A DNA stretch of 64,000 bases from Vicinamibacterales bacterium (GTDB lineage Bacteria > Acidobacteriota > Vicinamibacteria > Vicinamibacterales > UBA2999), in NCBI GenBank assembly GCA_036407095.1, contig DASWZV010000065.1, positions 27,262-91,261 of the forward strand, read 5' to 3'. Each line of letters begins with the position of its first letter. Position 1 is the first letter of the stretch. Below, piece by piece: positions 8,624 to 18,573 of the stretch. Made by a program: the position numbers and the translations under genes. Under the pieces are notes generated by a model. The model was not told the DNA's origin. It searched no databases and worked only from the letters and a program-made list of their open reading frames with translations.

Positions 8624-11050
8624 ATGACTTCCTTCCTTCACGACCTCCGATATGCGGTCCGTTCGCTGTTCAGCAGTCCCGCTTTCGCGATCGTCGCCGC
8701 GCTGACGCTGGCGCTCGGGGTTGGCGCCAACACGGCGATCTTCAGCGTGCTGCAAGCGGTCGTCCTGCGCGACCTGCCGTACCACGATCCAGGCCGCATT
8801 GCGGTCATGTGGACGTGGAACCGGCAACAGAATCTTTCCGACGGTTCCTCCTACTTGAACTTCCGCGACTGGAAGGCGCAGAGCCGCGAGTTCGAGCAGA
8901 TGGCCGCCTATCTGCGTCCCGAGTTCACCCGCGGGACGTTGACCAGTGACGGCGAACCAGAGCGCGTCAACGTCGGACTGGTCGGGCCGGATTTCTTCGA
9001 GCTGCTGGGCACGGCACCCATCGCTGGCCGCGCGTTCACCGCCGACGACTTCAAGGAACAGTCGACGGCCGTTCTCATCAGCTACGGCCTCTGGCAGCAG
9101 CGCTTCGGCGGCGATCCCAAGACAATCGGCCGGACGATTCAAGTGGACGGGGCCGGTGTGGAACTGATCGGAGTGATGCCCCCCGGCTTCGAGCTGCCGA
9201 CCGCGGGGGTGCAGTTGTGGCGCCCGCTCTTCTTCGGATCGAACTGGCAGCAGCCAAACAGCCGCGGCGCGGACGCGTTGATCGTACTCGGTCGACTCAG
9301 GCCGGGCGCGACGATCACGTCGGCGCGAACCGAGATGGATGCCATTGCCGCGCGTCTGCGAACCGAGTACCCGACCAGCAACGCGAGCTTCGGCGTTACC
9401 ACGGACGCGCTCGTGGACCGCGTGATCGGCCCCACGACGGAGCGGTCGCTCTGGCTCCTCTTTGGCTCCGTCGGATTCGTCCTCCTCATCGCGTGCGCCA
9501 ACGTCGCGAATCTGATGCTCGCGCGGGTCACGGCCCGCAGTCGTGAGTTTTCGCTCCGAACAGCCCTCGGCGCGAGCCGGATGCGGCTCATCAGACAAGC
9601 GCTCGCGGAAAACGTCGTGCTGTCGCTGCTCGCCGGCACCATCGGCGGGCTCTTTGCCTGGCTCGGAATGCTTGCTCTTCGCACGTGGGCAGCCGGCGTG
9701 CTGCCCCGGGCCAACACGATCGTTCTCGATGCGCGCGTGTTGTCATTCGCGTTGATGGCATCGCTCGGCTGCGGACTGATTGCTGGTCTGCTGCCCGCGC
9801 TCCAACTATCGATTGGAAGCACGGCCAACGCGCTTCGCGACGCCGGGCCGCGCCTGCTCGGCGGACGCAGCGGAAGACGACTGCACCAGGGTCTAGTGGT
9901 GACAGAGATCGCGCTCGCGGTCATCCTGCTCTCGGGAGCGGGTTTGCTGATTCGCAGCTTGGTTCGCGTGCAGTCCACGGATCGTGGGTTCGATTCCGCG
10001 AACGTGCTCCTGCTCCAGATCGATCTACCCAGTACCTACAACGACCGTCCGAAGGTCGCGGCCTTCTTCACCGACGCCTTGCAGCGCATCCGCGCGCTGC
10101 CGGGAGTCTTCGCAGCGGGCGCCATCAGCGACTTCTTCATCCATCGGCAACCAGACTACCGGATCGCGCTCGAGGGGCAGCCGCCGCGGCGGCCGTCCGA
10201 TGCGTCGCCGCCGCTCACCGAGGACAATGTGGTCCCCGGTTACTTCGAAGCAATGCGCATCCCGCTGCTGCGCGGTCGTCTGCTCGAGGAGCGCGACCTT
10301 GCGCCTAATGCCCCGCCCGTCGTGGTCATCAACGACGAGATGGCGCGCCGGTTCTGGCCGGGTGACGATCCGGTCGGCAAGCGGTTCAAGTACGGACTCG
10401 ATCCGGCCGCGAATTTCCCGTGGAAGACCGTCGTCGGCGTCGTGGCAAACCAAAGGAGGCAGCGGCTCGACGAGGCCGCGATCCCGTACATGTTCCAACC
10501 GGGAGTAATTCCCCAGATGGACATCGCGGTGCGCACGACCGGCGACCCCGAAGCGCTGCGCGCGGCCATTCGCGATCAGTTGCAGGCGCTCGATCCCGCG
10601 GCGCCGCCTTACGGCATCGTCACCGTCGAACAGCGCATGCAGCAGAGCGTCGCACTGCGCCGTTTCCAGACGCTGATGCTCGCGACGCTGGCGGCCGTGG
10701 CACTGCTGCTGGCCGTGGTTGGCGCGTACGGCATCATTCATCGATCGGTCGCGTCGCGGACGCAGGAGATCGGCATCCGCACCGCACTCGGCGCGAGTGC
10801 CTCGTCGGTGTTGCGGATGGTGCTGGCGAGCGGTCTCTCGCTCGGCTTGATCGGGCTCGCGCTCGGTTTCGTGGGATCGCTGGCCCTCAGCCGCACGGTC
10901 GCGTCGTTTCTCTATCAAACGAGCCCGCTCGATCCGCTCACATACGTGGCCGTGACCGTTGTGTTGTTCGCGGTCACCGCCGCGGCGACGCTGACCCCGG
11001 CGCGTCGAGCCGCCCGCATCGACCCGATGGCGGCGCTGCGCGAACAATAG
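8624..11050 (+). CDS. ADOP-family permease (duplicated MacB_PCD + FtsX). No adjacent ATPase.
   Basis: The N-terminus LRYAVRSLFSSPAFAIVAALTLALGVGANTAIFSV is typical of the family. There are two FtsX-like 3-TM blocks and the C-terminus is PARRAARIDPMAALREQ. The start was trimmed to MTSFLHD. Confidence 0.85.
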   Translation: MTSFLHDLRYAVRSLFSSPAFAIVAALTLALGVGANTAIFSVLQAVVLRDLPYHDPGRIAVMWTWNRQQNLSDGSSYLNFRDWKAQSREFEQMAAYLRPEFTRGTLTSDGEPERVNVGLVGPDFFELLGTAPIAGRAFTADDFKEQSTAVLISYGLWQQRFGGDPKTIGRTIQVDGAGVELIGVMPPGFELPTAGVQLWRPLFFGSNWQQPNSRGADALIVLGRLRPGATITSARTEMDAIAARLRTEYPTSNASFGVTTDALVDRVIGPTTERSLWLLFGSVGFVLLIACANVANLMLARVTARSREFSLRTALGASRMRLIRQALAENVVLSLLAGTIGGLFAWLGMLALRTWAAGVLPRANTIVLDARVLSFALMASLGCGLIAGLLPALQLSIGSTANALRDAGPRLLGGRSGRRLHQGLVVTEIALAVILLSGAGLLIRSLVRVQSTDRGFDSANVLLLQIDLPSTYNDRPKVAAFFTDALQRIRALPGVFAAGAISDFFIHRQPDYRIALEGQPPRRPSDASPPLTEDNVVPGYFEAMRIPLLRGRLLEERDLAPNAPPVVVINDEMARRFWPGDDPVGKRFKYGLDPAANFPWKTVVGVVANQRRQRLDEAAIPYMFQPGVIPQMDIAVRTTGDPEALRAAIRDQLQALDPAAPPYGIVTVEQRMQQSVALRRFQTLMLATLAAVALLLAVVGAYGIIHRSVASRTQEIGIRTALGASASSVLRMVLASGLSLGLIGLALGFVGSLALSRTVASFLYQTSPLDPLTYVAVTVVLFAVTAAATLTPARRAARIDPMAALREQ

Positions 11051-11316
11051 GCGCCGACGTCGCGACGCGTGGGCTTAAAGCGCGCGCGCTACTCCACGTC
11101 GCGGCTGCCTTGGTGATCTCAGCGGTCTTGCCATCGAGCCGCCGTGACAATTTCGGACAATTGCCCGTCTCGACGTGGGAGCGGCGCGTCCCAGCCGTGC
11201 TGTGAGGAACTTGCATGACAATCTGCTGTCCGCCGTGAGACATAACGACGACACTTCGCACCCGGCTCGATAGCGCGCACGATTCGAAAGTAAGCTGGCA
11301 GAATCGTGAGCTGATT

Positions 11317-12315
11317 ATGAATAGAACCTCGATCGCGACAGCCGTGAGATGTCTTTCGTACGCCGGTGTGATGGCACTCGTGTCAATCCGGGCGGTTGCG
11401 CAAACGCCTGCGCCCCCCACCCGATCCGCTCTACCGCATGAGGCTGCGCCGGGTGCTTCCATCCTGGCCACGCCGATCGGGCATGAAGTGAACGTCAGCT
11501 TTGGCGGCTACCGCTATAACGAGCCCGGCACGCAAAGCATCTCGATTCACGGCGGCAAGATCGGGGGCGGGTACACGGGCACGCTGGCGCTCAACGAGCG
11601 CCAGCGCTGGTTTGCTCAGGCCGATGTCCGCGGCACGGTCGGTAACACCACATACGATGGCTGGTGTTCACCTTTTCTGATCACGCCCGACAGTTCCTCG
11701 CCAAACGGCTACGCGCTCGATATCGGTGATGCGTCGCCATGCAGCGAGGCCGGCGACAAAGACTGGTATGTGGAAGCCCGGGGTCTCGTCGGCAAAGATT
11801 TCATCGGCCACGCATGGGGCCTGTCGCCAGAAACCGGATTAGGCTTCCGCCACCTGTCGAACGGCATCGGCGGGGCCGCCGGATATCGCACCGACGACTA
11901 CCTCTATCTTCCGCTCGGTCTCACCGCGCGCACCCGGGCTGCTTCGCACGGGCTCAGCTTCAACGTCGAATACGATCGCCTGCTCCATGGCTGGCAAACG
12001 ACCCGCGATTCGTACCTGGGTGGCGGCGATATTCCACCAACGGCGACGGCGCCTGGTTTCACCATCGATGGCTTCAGCGATATCTCGTTCGCCCAGCATG
12101 AGGGGTGGGGCCTGCGCGCAAGCGGGAGATATCAGGTGACCAGGCACTGGTCGGTTGAGCCGTCGTATGTCCATTGGAGCATCAACTCCTCGCCGGTGAA
12201 CTACGAGACGGCGACGTTTACAGTCAACGACGTGACGGCGGAACAGCAGCTCGGCGCCTACGAGCCCGTGAATACCACGAACGAGTTCGTCGTGAAACTC
12301 GGTTTCAGGTTCTGA
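11317..12315 (+). CDS. Outer-membrane beta-barrel protein (putative)
   Basis: Signal peptide ending AVAQTP. Alternating Gly/aromatic-rich strands. C-terminal FVVKLGFRF with a terminal Phe. Confidence 0.65.
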   Translation: MNRTSIATAVRCLSYAGVMALVSIRAVAQTPAPPTRSALPHEAAPGASILATPIGHEVNVSFGGYRYNEPGTQSISIHGGKIGGGYTGTLALNERQRWFAQADVRGTVGNTTYDGWCSPFLITPDSSSPNGYALDIGDASPCSEAGDKDWYVEARGLVGKDFIGHAWGLSPETGLGFRHLSNGIGGAAGYRTDDYLYLPLGLTARTRAASHGLSFNVEYDRLLHGWQTTRDSYLGGGDIPPTATAPGFTIDGFSDISFAQHEGWGLRASGRYQVTRHWSVEPSYVHWSINSSPVNYETATFTVNDVTAEQQLGAYEPVNTTNEFVVKLGFRF

Positions 12316-12331
12316 AGAAGACACTGTTCGT

Positions 12332-12712
12332 CTAGCTGTCCTCGGACCGTGGTGAACTCGCCCTGGGAAACGGTGCGCTGTCGAAGTAGATGTCGAACGA
12401 GACGATCAAGCCATCCCGTACGCCGAACACCTCAGCCACATCGCAGGCGAACGGCCGCCCCGACGGCGGGTGCAGTTCGTAACGAGTCAGCGCGCAGGCT
12501 CGTGTGGCTTCGACGATCAGATCTTTGACGTCGACGGCACGAATCATCGAGTAGAAGCCTTTGGTCGCCTCGACGACTGCCGCTCGTCCGCTGATACGTC
12601 TCATCGGAGTGGTGAAGCTGGTGAAGACGACGTCATCGGATAGCGACGCGTCCCAGTTCCTCTTCTGCTGCAACGCGTCGAAGTAGCCCTGAACAATCTC
12701 TCTGGTTGTCAT
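12332..12712 (-). CDS. SnoaL-like / NTF2-fold protein
   Basis: 126 aa. The N-terminal TTREIVQGYFDALQQKRNWDA is typical of the SnoaL_2 family. Confidence 0.7.
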   Translation of the reverse strand: MTTREIVQGYFDALQQKRNWDASLSDDVVFTSFTTPMRRISGRAAVVEATKGFYSMIRAVDVKDLIVEATRACALTRYELHPPSGRPFACDVAEVFGVRDGLIVSFDIYFDSAPFPRASSPRSEDS

Positions 12713-12970
12713 GTGTCGCTCCGTCGGACTTGCGCCTCACGCAGGCGCGAAGCCCATGCGTCGCCTCCGACGCGGTGATGAACGTAGAAGAGCCGGGTTG
12801 GATCGTACGTCGCCTTGATGCACCGCAGACGGTCACCTATCCTCGTGCGAAGCGTCTACGATGCGCCCCTTCCACCGCCCACTAGTTCAGCCGTTGAGAT
12901 CTCCTCGGCCACGAATGCAGGCGAGGCACCGATCGGGCCAGCGTTTCCCATCCACGAGTCGAGGTTCGAC

Positions 12971-14371
12971 ATGGAGTTGCTCACACACTATTTTGCTTCT
13001 GACGCCTTCATGCCCCATGGGTATTGCTATCTGTGGAAGCCAGGCATGGTCTGGCTGCACGTCATCTCCGATTCGCTGATTGCCCTCGCGTATCTGTCGA
13101 TTCCGCTCACGCTCGTCTACTTCGTTCGAAAGCGGCATGACCTCCCCTTTCACTGGATGTTTCTGTGCTTCGGCGCCTTCATCGTGTCCTGCGGTGCCAC
13201 CCACGCCATGGAAGTGTGGAATCTGTGGCACGCGGACTACTGGTTTGCAGGGGCGGTGAAGGTTGTGACGGCCCTCGCGTCAGTCGCAACCGCGCTTCTG
13301 CTGATTCCGCTGGTTCCCGTGGCGCTCGCCATTCCAAGTCCGAGCGACCTCCGGCGATCGGAACAGAAGTTTCGCGGGCTTCTCGAGGCGGCCCCTGATG
13401 CGATTGTGATCGTCAACCAGCGAGGCGAAATTGCCCTCGTCAATGCACAGGCCGAACGGCTGTTCGGGTACCGTCGAGAGCAGCTGCTGAATCAGCCTAT
13501 TGAGACTGTCATTCCGCAGCGCTTGCGGAGCAGCCACGTTGCCCGCCGCACCGGTTTCCTCACCGATCCGCGTGTGCGCGCGATGGGCGCGGGCCTGGAG
13601 CTGTTTGGCCTGCGCAAGGACGGGACTGAGTTTCCAGTGGAGATCAGTCTCAGCCCGCTTGAAACGCAGGAAGGAATTCTCGTCTCGAGTGCGATCCGCG
13701 ACATCACGGTGCGCAAGCAGACGGAGGAGGCACTGGCCAGTGTCAACCGCCGGTTGATCGAGGCACAGGAGAAGGAACGTGCCCGCATTGCCAGAGACCT
13801 GCACGATCATACGAACCAGCGTCTCTCGCTCCTGGCCATCGGCTTGGAGGAAGTCAAACGAGAGCTGCCGACGCAGGCCTCGGTCGTGGGCGAACGGCTG
13901 GACGAATTGCGAGCGCAGACTATGGAGGTCTTGAGCGATCTCCAGGCCTTGTCGCACGAGTTGCACACCTCAAAACTGGAGTATGTCGGACTCGTTGCGG
14001 CGGCCCGCGGATTCTGCAGAGAGTTCAGCGAGCAGCGGAAACTGAAGGTCAACTTCGAGAGCCACGATCTTCCACTCATCCTCCCCTCCGACGTCTCGCT
14101 CTGTCTCTTCAGGGTTCTGCAGGAAGCCTTGCACAACGCGGCTCAACACAGTGGAGCCGCCGAGTTCGACGTCGCGTTGTGGGGCACGCCGCAAGAGATT
14201 CATCTCCGGGTTCGCGACGCCGGTGCGGGCTTCGACGTCGACGCCGCGAAAAAGGGTGAAGGGCTCGGCCTCGTCAGCATGCAAGAAAGGATGCAACTGG
14301 TCAAAGGCAGGTTGTCGATTGAGTCCCGCCCGCAACACGGTTCAACGATTCATGCCCGCGTGCCGTGTTGA
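12971..14371 (+). CDS. Sensor histidine kinase: ethylene-binding-domain-like 3-TM N-terminus, PAS, HisKA_3, HATPase_c
   Basis: EBD-like region: [55 protein letters not shown]. The PAS region begins near [19 protein letters not shown]-box: [22 protein letters not shown] boxes: [18 protein letters not shown] and [11 protein letters not shown]. The start was trimmed to MELLTHYF. Confidence 0.85.
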   Translation: MELLTHYFASDAFMPHGYCYLWKPGMVWLHVISDSLIALAYLSIPLTLVYFVRKRHDLPFHWMFLCFGAFIVSCGATHAMEVWNLWHADYWFAGAVKVVTALASVATALLLIPLVPVALAIPSPSDLRRSEQKFRGLLEAAPDAIVIVNQRGEIALVNAQAERLFGYRREQLLNQPIETVIPQRLRSSHVARRTGFLTDPRVRAMGAGLELFGLRKDGTEFPVEISLSPLETQEGILVSSAIRDITVRKQTEEALASVNRRLIEAQEKERARIARDLHDHTNQRLSLLAIGLEEVKRELPTQASVVGERLDELRAQTMEVLSDLQALSHELHTSKLEYVGLVAAARGFCREFSEQRKLKVNFESHDLPLILPSDVSLCLFRVLQEALHNAAQHSGAAEFDVALWGTPQEIHLRVRDAGAGFDVDAAKKGEGLGLVSMQERMQLVKGRLSIESRPQHGSTIHARVPC

Positions 14372-15985
14372 CGACAGAGATCTTGCCTTCAGTACTTCGC
14401 CGAACATATTCCGTCCCAGGATCGTCGACGCGGTCGCGAGCGCGCCCGACAACGCGCCCATCACGCCACACGTCCCGACGTCCTGGCCAGTCAGAAACAG
14501 ATTGCCAACAGCCGTGCGAGGCCCGAGGTCGCGCGACTGAAAGCGCATCGGCGTGTGCGCGAGGCCGTACATCTCGCCATGTGGTGCACCCGCGAAGTGT
14601 TGCGTGGACAGCGGCGTCGAGAACTCCGAGCGTATGACCGCGCCAGAGACAGCCGGCACGTGCCGATACAGCTCGCGCAGAAGACGTTCGGCCAGTCGCG
14701 CCTTGATCGCCGCGTACGCATCGGGTCGTCGTTTCCAATCTGATCCGGCCCACTGCGCGAAGTGTTTATACGACACCGCCGTCAGGACTTCGATCGTGTG
14801 CCGATTGGAGTAGCGCGCCGCAAACGATGGATCCTTCGCAGATGGAAAAGAGATGTACAGAAACGGGAATGGGGCCTCGAGGTCTCGGTCGAAGGCCGAC
14901 AGATTGCCATCGAAATCAAGACTCGGGTGGATCCACAGGTTTGCGGCATCCAGCGTCGGCGCCGCAGAGGGGAACGTCGCCCCGACATAGAGACACAGAT
15001 GTCCACCCGCGGGGGGGAGACGTCTTGTCCGCTCTGCAGCGCGTCTTGCCGCCTCCGGCGCACCATCCCCTAACAAGCGATCCATCGTCGTCCGAATTCC
15101 GGCGTCGCTGACGATGAGATTCGCGCGGAACTCCCGGCCATCGGCCATACGAACGCCAACGGCGCGGACACCATCGACCAGGATTCGGTCGACCTCGGCG
15201 CTCACCGCCACGGTCCCTCCGGATCGCTCGATGACGGGGAGCACTCCTGCGGCGATTTGGCTCGCGCCGCCGATCGGATACGCGGCACCGTCGAAATAGT
15301 GCTCGGCGATCACGGCGTGCATGCCAAAGCTGCTCTGCCCGGGCGGAAGGCCATAGTCACCCCATTGAGCAGTCAGCACTCCTCTCAGCTCTCGACTGGC
15401 TCCAAGAGCATCCAAGACGTCAGCCGTCGTTCGCCTCGCAAATTTCAAGAACGGCGCGCGCAGACCGCGGCCGAAAATGCTGCCCAGGAAACGGGGCAGT
15501 GATTTCTCGACGTAGTAAAACGGAACACGCTGCACACACTGCTGGATCGTCGTGAAGTAGCGATCGATCGCAGTCCGCTCACGAGGGAAGGTCTGGACGA
15601 GCGCCTCACGCAGACGATCCCGGCCACTCACGTAGTCGAAGCGGAGCCCGTCGATGTTCACACGGTCGTAGACATCGGGCATCGCGTTCCACACGAGACG
15701 GCCTTCAGTCAAGTACTCAAAAAGGGCGTGCGCCGGCGAGCCCGGCTTGTGGACCTGGCCGACGTAGTGCACGCCCACGTCCCACTCGAAGCCGGGACGA
15801 TGGAATACATGAGTGAATCCACCGGCCGTGTAGTGCTTCTCCAGGACCAGCACGCGCCGGTGGGCCGCCTTGGCCAGGAAGGCGGCGATCCCGAGTCCGC
15901 CGATACCCGAGCCGATCACGATGGCATCAAATGATCCGCTGCTGCGCAGTTGGTTGTAGGGTGTGCCGACAAAGCGACTCGTCAT
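14342..15985 (-). CDS. FAD/NAD(P)-dependent oxidoreductase of the phytoene-desaturase/CrtI-like family
   Basis: Dinucleotide-binding motif [38 protein letters not shown]. The 3' end overlaps the convergent kinase gene by 30 nt. Confidence 0.8.
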   Translation of the reverse strand: MTSRFVGTPYNQLRSSGSFDAIVIGSGIGGLGIAAFLAKAAHRRVLVLEKHYTAGGFTHVFHRPGFEWDVGVHYVGQVHKPGSPAHALFEYLTEGRLVWNAMPDVYDRVNIDGLRFDYVSGRDRLREALVQTFPRERTAIDRYFTTIQQCVQRVPFYYVEKSLPRFLGSIFGRGLRAPFLKFARRTTADVLDALGASRELRGVLTAQWGDYGLPPGQSSFGMHAVIAEHYFDGAAYPIGGASQIAAGVLPVIERSGGTVAVSAEVDRILVDGVRAVGVRMADGREFRANLIVSDAGIRTTMDRLLGDGAPEAARRAAERTRRLPPAGGHLCLYVGATFPSAAPTLDAANLWIHPSLDFDGNLSAFDRDLEAPFPFLYISFPSAKDPSFAARYSNRHTIEVLTAVSYKHFAQWAGSDWKRRPDAYAAIKARLAERLLRELYRHVPAVSGAVIRSEFSTPLSTQHFAGAPHGEMYGLAHTPMRFQSRDLGPRTAVGNLFLTGQDVGTCGVMGALSGALATASTILGRNMFGEVLKARSLSSTRHAGMNR

Positions 15986-16170
15986 CTCCCGACGTTCCTC
16001 GCTCGAGTGTCCGCGATGTCATCACGTCGGCGGGGTCCTGATTCCTTCCAACCCACGGTCACGGGAATGAGAAAGGTGAGCGCGTAGTACAGATACACAT
16101 CTAACTTGTAGTAACCATCGGCCGGCTTCAAGGCCTTGACGATGAAGAGGTAGACGAGTGGTCGGCTCAT
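15982..16170 (-). CDS. Small hydrophobic protein translationally coupled to the oxidoreductase (putative)
   Basis: 62-aa ORF. Its stop forms an ATGA overlap with the oxidoreductase start at 15982-15985. G/C is enriched at third codon positions in the first half. Confidence 0.4.
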   Translation of the reverse strand: MSRPLVYLFIVKALKPADGYYKLDVYLYYALTFLIPVTVGWKESGPRRRDDIADTRARNVGR

Positions 16171-16851
16171 CGCACGTCCCTCTTTCCATCACCGGATTCC
16201 GCAGTTGCGAACGCAGGAATCCTGCCGGAGTCAGATGCGAGAAATGGCCGGTCATTCGGGGGCCGACGTTCCATCAGTCGCGAGGAAAAACCAACGTGAT
16301 GGTGAATTTCGCGCAGTTGCGACTCGCGCCGGATGCGTGAGCGTGCCGTCCAGAAGCGTGGGTTTTTGACCTCCTTCGTTCAATGCGCCACCAAACCCGC
16401 CTTCAGTTCTTCAAGGGGCTGTTCGATGGCCGCGGCATGATATGGAGCGAACGCACCGTCACGACGGAAGCGGCGTACGGCACCTGCGTCGGGCAGCGCA
16501 TGTGCGGGGATCGTGATGACCTGAGCGGATCACGGCTGTTCTTCCTGATCGACTGGAACCCGTGCGCGAAAGCGCCTGTCTCGATTCGTCAAGAAGAGCG
16601 ACTCGATCGCCGCGTTGCGCTGGGCTGCGGATCTCGAATACGGGCATCGCGCGTTTCTCGAAGCCGGCGGCGAACGGTTGATTGACAGCGCGCTGGAACG
16701 CACCGCTGCCGGACAGCTGCGATATGGAGCCAGACTCGACGAAGTACTGGGCAACAGGCCGCGCTCGCGTTTCTGCAAGCCGTACTGCGCATCACGAGCG
16801 AAGGGATGCAACAACGTCCGCTCTGTACCAACGACGCGGGCGCGCCTACCG

Positions 16852-17349
16852 TTACTTCAACGAAAGCTGGCTGCTCGCGGTCGCGTCGATGGACCTGGCC
16901 AACCGTGCACTGATGAAGCACGAGCCGTTCGCGACGGCGTCCATTGCGAAGAACAGTTCGCGTCCGGCCTCCGACTTCAGGAGGTAGCCGCCGGCCGCGG
17001 TCGCCAACGCCGCGTCGACGATGTCGGGGGACTGATGTTCGCTGACGAAGAGGATTCTGGAGTCACGGTGAAGCGAGAGGATTTGTCGAGCTGCCTGGAT
17101 GCCGTCAAGTCGCGGCAACCCGATATCGAGCAGAATGAGATCCAGTTCGAGCGCCTGAGCTTTCTGAACCGCCTCGACCCCATCCACGGCTTCGCCGACG
17201 ATTCGCCAATGAGGAGATGTCTGGATGGCTGAACGAATGTGGCGTCGCCAAGGTTCGTAGTCGTCGACGACCAGAACCCGGTACACGACTGACCTGCCGC
17301 TTGGTATTTCCAAGGGTGCATCTTGAGGGAGACAGCCACGACGAGTCAA
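16852..17349 (-). CDS. Response regulator, receiver domain only (no recognisable output domain)
   Basis: RVLVVDDYEPWR, LILLDIGLPRLDG, ILFVSEH and GGYLLKSEAG. The protein is 165 aa. Confidence 0.8.
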   Translation of the reverse strand: MTRRGCLPQDAPLEIPSGRSVVYRVLVVDDYEPWRRHIRSAIQTSPHWRIVGEAVDGVEAVQKAQALELDLILLDIGLPRLDGIQAARQILSLHRDSRILFVSEHQSPDIVDAALATAAGGYLLKSEAGRELFFAMDAVANGSCFISARLARSIDATASSQLSLK

Positions 17350-17430
17350 CCTCTCGCGTCACGATCGTTCTTTACAATGATTTTCTACGACGGGCCAACA
17401 GCCGCCCGTGCCCGCTGCCATCCGGGACGA

Positions 17431-17766
17431 TCAGATCGAGCGAGTCTCCCGCGATGGTTCCCGTGTGATCGGATAGGGCTTCAGGTTCTTCCGGGTCACT
17501 TCGGCGACCCACTCGCCGGTGAGATCCACGGGACGAGCCGGCAGCGCTTCGCCTGTGGTTGTCGCGAGCACCTCTGCGACGAATCGCTTCAGGCTCTTGT
17601 AGAGCGGCGCGTTGCGGTCGGGCGGCTTGCAGATGCTGACGTGGTCCTCATCCAGCGGATCGCGACCTCGCCCGGCACGTGCGGCTCGGCGCTCGTCTGA
17701 TCGACCACGAGGAGGCCCTTCGGGAGCGAGAGTCCGGTGCGATAGTGTTGGATGCATGCCGATCAA
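17431..17766 (-). CDS. Hypothetical protein. Only the C-terminal ~70 codons look coding and the start is unresolved.
   Basis: G/C-rich third codon positions over 17431-17650 (ICKPPDRNAPLYKSLKRFVAEVLATTTGEALPARPVDLTGEWVAEVTRKNLKPY). The annotated start would overlap the divergent TerB-like start. Confidence 0.3.
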   Translation of the reverse strand: MIGMHPTLSHRTLAPEGPPRGRSDERRAARAGRGRDPLDEDHVSICKPPDRNAPLYKSLKRFVAEVLATTTGEALPARPVDLTGEWVAEVTRKNLKPYPITREPSRETRSI

Positions 17767-18274
17767 GTCGATTCGTGCGTGGTTGGGTCTCGAGACACCG
17801 AACGAGCCTGAATTCGCGCCGCTTCGTGCGACGCTCGAGGCGCTGGACCATCTCGAGCCAGACCGTGCCCGTTTTCTGGCCGCGTTCGCCTATCTGCTCG
17901 GGCGTGTCGCGAACGCCGACCTGAACGTGTCGCCGGATGAGACGCGTGCCATGGAGGGGCTTGTCCGGGATCAGGGGCAGCTCTCACAGGAACAGGCGAT
18001 GGTCGTCGTTCAACTGGCGAAGACAAGCAATCTGCTGTTTGGTGGATCGGCGAATTACCTCGTGGCCAGGCAGTTTTCAGCGTTGGCTACTTACGAGCAG
18101 AAGCTGGCCTTGATGCGATGCCTCTTCACTGTGTCGGCGACGGATGACGCGATCTCGATGGCCGAGGAGGGCGAAATCCACCGGATTGCCACAGAGCTTC
18201 GCATCGAGCAGAAGGATCTGGTGGCACTGCGCCTGTTGCACAAGCGGCACCTCCCGGGCATGTCTCGCGAGTAG
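17756..18274 (+). CDS. TerB-like (tellurite-resistance TerB family) protein
   Basis: FLAAFAYLLGRVANADLNVSPDETRAMEGLV ... LALMRCLFTVSATDDAISMAEEGEIHRIATELRI. The start was trimmed to MPIKSIRAW. Confidence 0.7.
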   Translation: MPIKSIRAWLGLETPNEPEFAPLRATLEALDHLEPDRARFLAAFAYLLGRVANADLNVSPDETRAMEGLVRDQGQLSQEQAMVVVQLAKTSNLLFGGSANYLVARQFSALATYEQKLALMRCLFTVSATDDAISMAEEGEIHRIATELRIEQKDLVALRLLHKRHLPGMSRE

Positions 18275-18313
18275 CACCCCGACACTTAGGGCGCATTTCA
18301 TATAAGGACCAGG

Positions 18314-18571
18314 TTAGGTCTTCGCCTGCTGCGAGCGGAGGCGATCGGCCATCGCCTCGATCCTCACGATCGTCTCGAAGTTGTCCGGCGTGACGTCATC
18401 GTCAGGCACACGGACTCCGGCGCGTTCCTCCAGGAACAATACGATCTGCATCAATCCCATGGAGTCGATCAGGCCATCCTCGATGAGGGCGGTCGTGTCT
18501 CCGACCGTGATTCGTCGATCGTCACCAAGCAGGTTCTTTTCGATGAACGTGGCGAGTTCCTGTTTCAGCAT
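18314..18571 (-). CDS. Acyl/peptidyl carrier protein
   Basis: 85 aa. Phosphopantetheine attachment motif GLIDSMGLMQIVLFLE. Confidence 0.85.
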   Translation of the reverse strand: MLKQELATFIEKNLLGDDRRITVGDTTALIEDGLIDSMGLMQIVLFLEERAGVRVPDDDVTPDNFETIVRIEAMADRLRSQQAKT

Positions 18572-18573
18572 GG

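Noticed and set aside
9983-10000. tRNA T-arm-like sequence CGTGGGTTCGATTCCGCG
   Set aside because: It lies inside the ADOP permease CDS, where it encodes DRGFDSA, a conserved family segment. No acceptor, D or anticodon arms could be built around it.
16381-16851. Search for a LuxR/NarL-type HTH that would complete the receiver-only response regulator after a premature stop
   Set aside because: None of the three minus-strand frames downstream of the stop at 16852 shows a LTxRExEVL...TVxxH-like HTH pattern.
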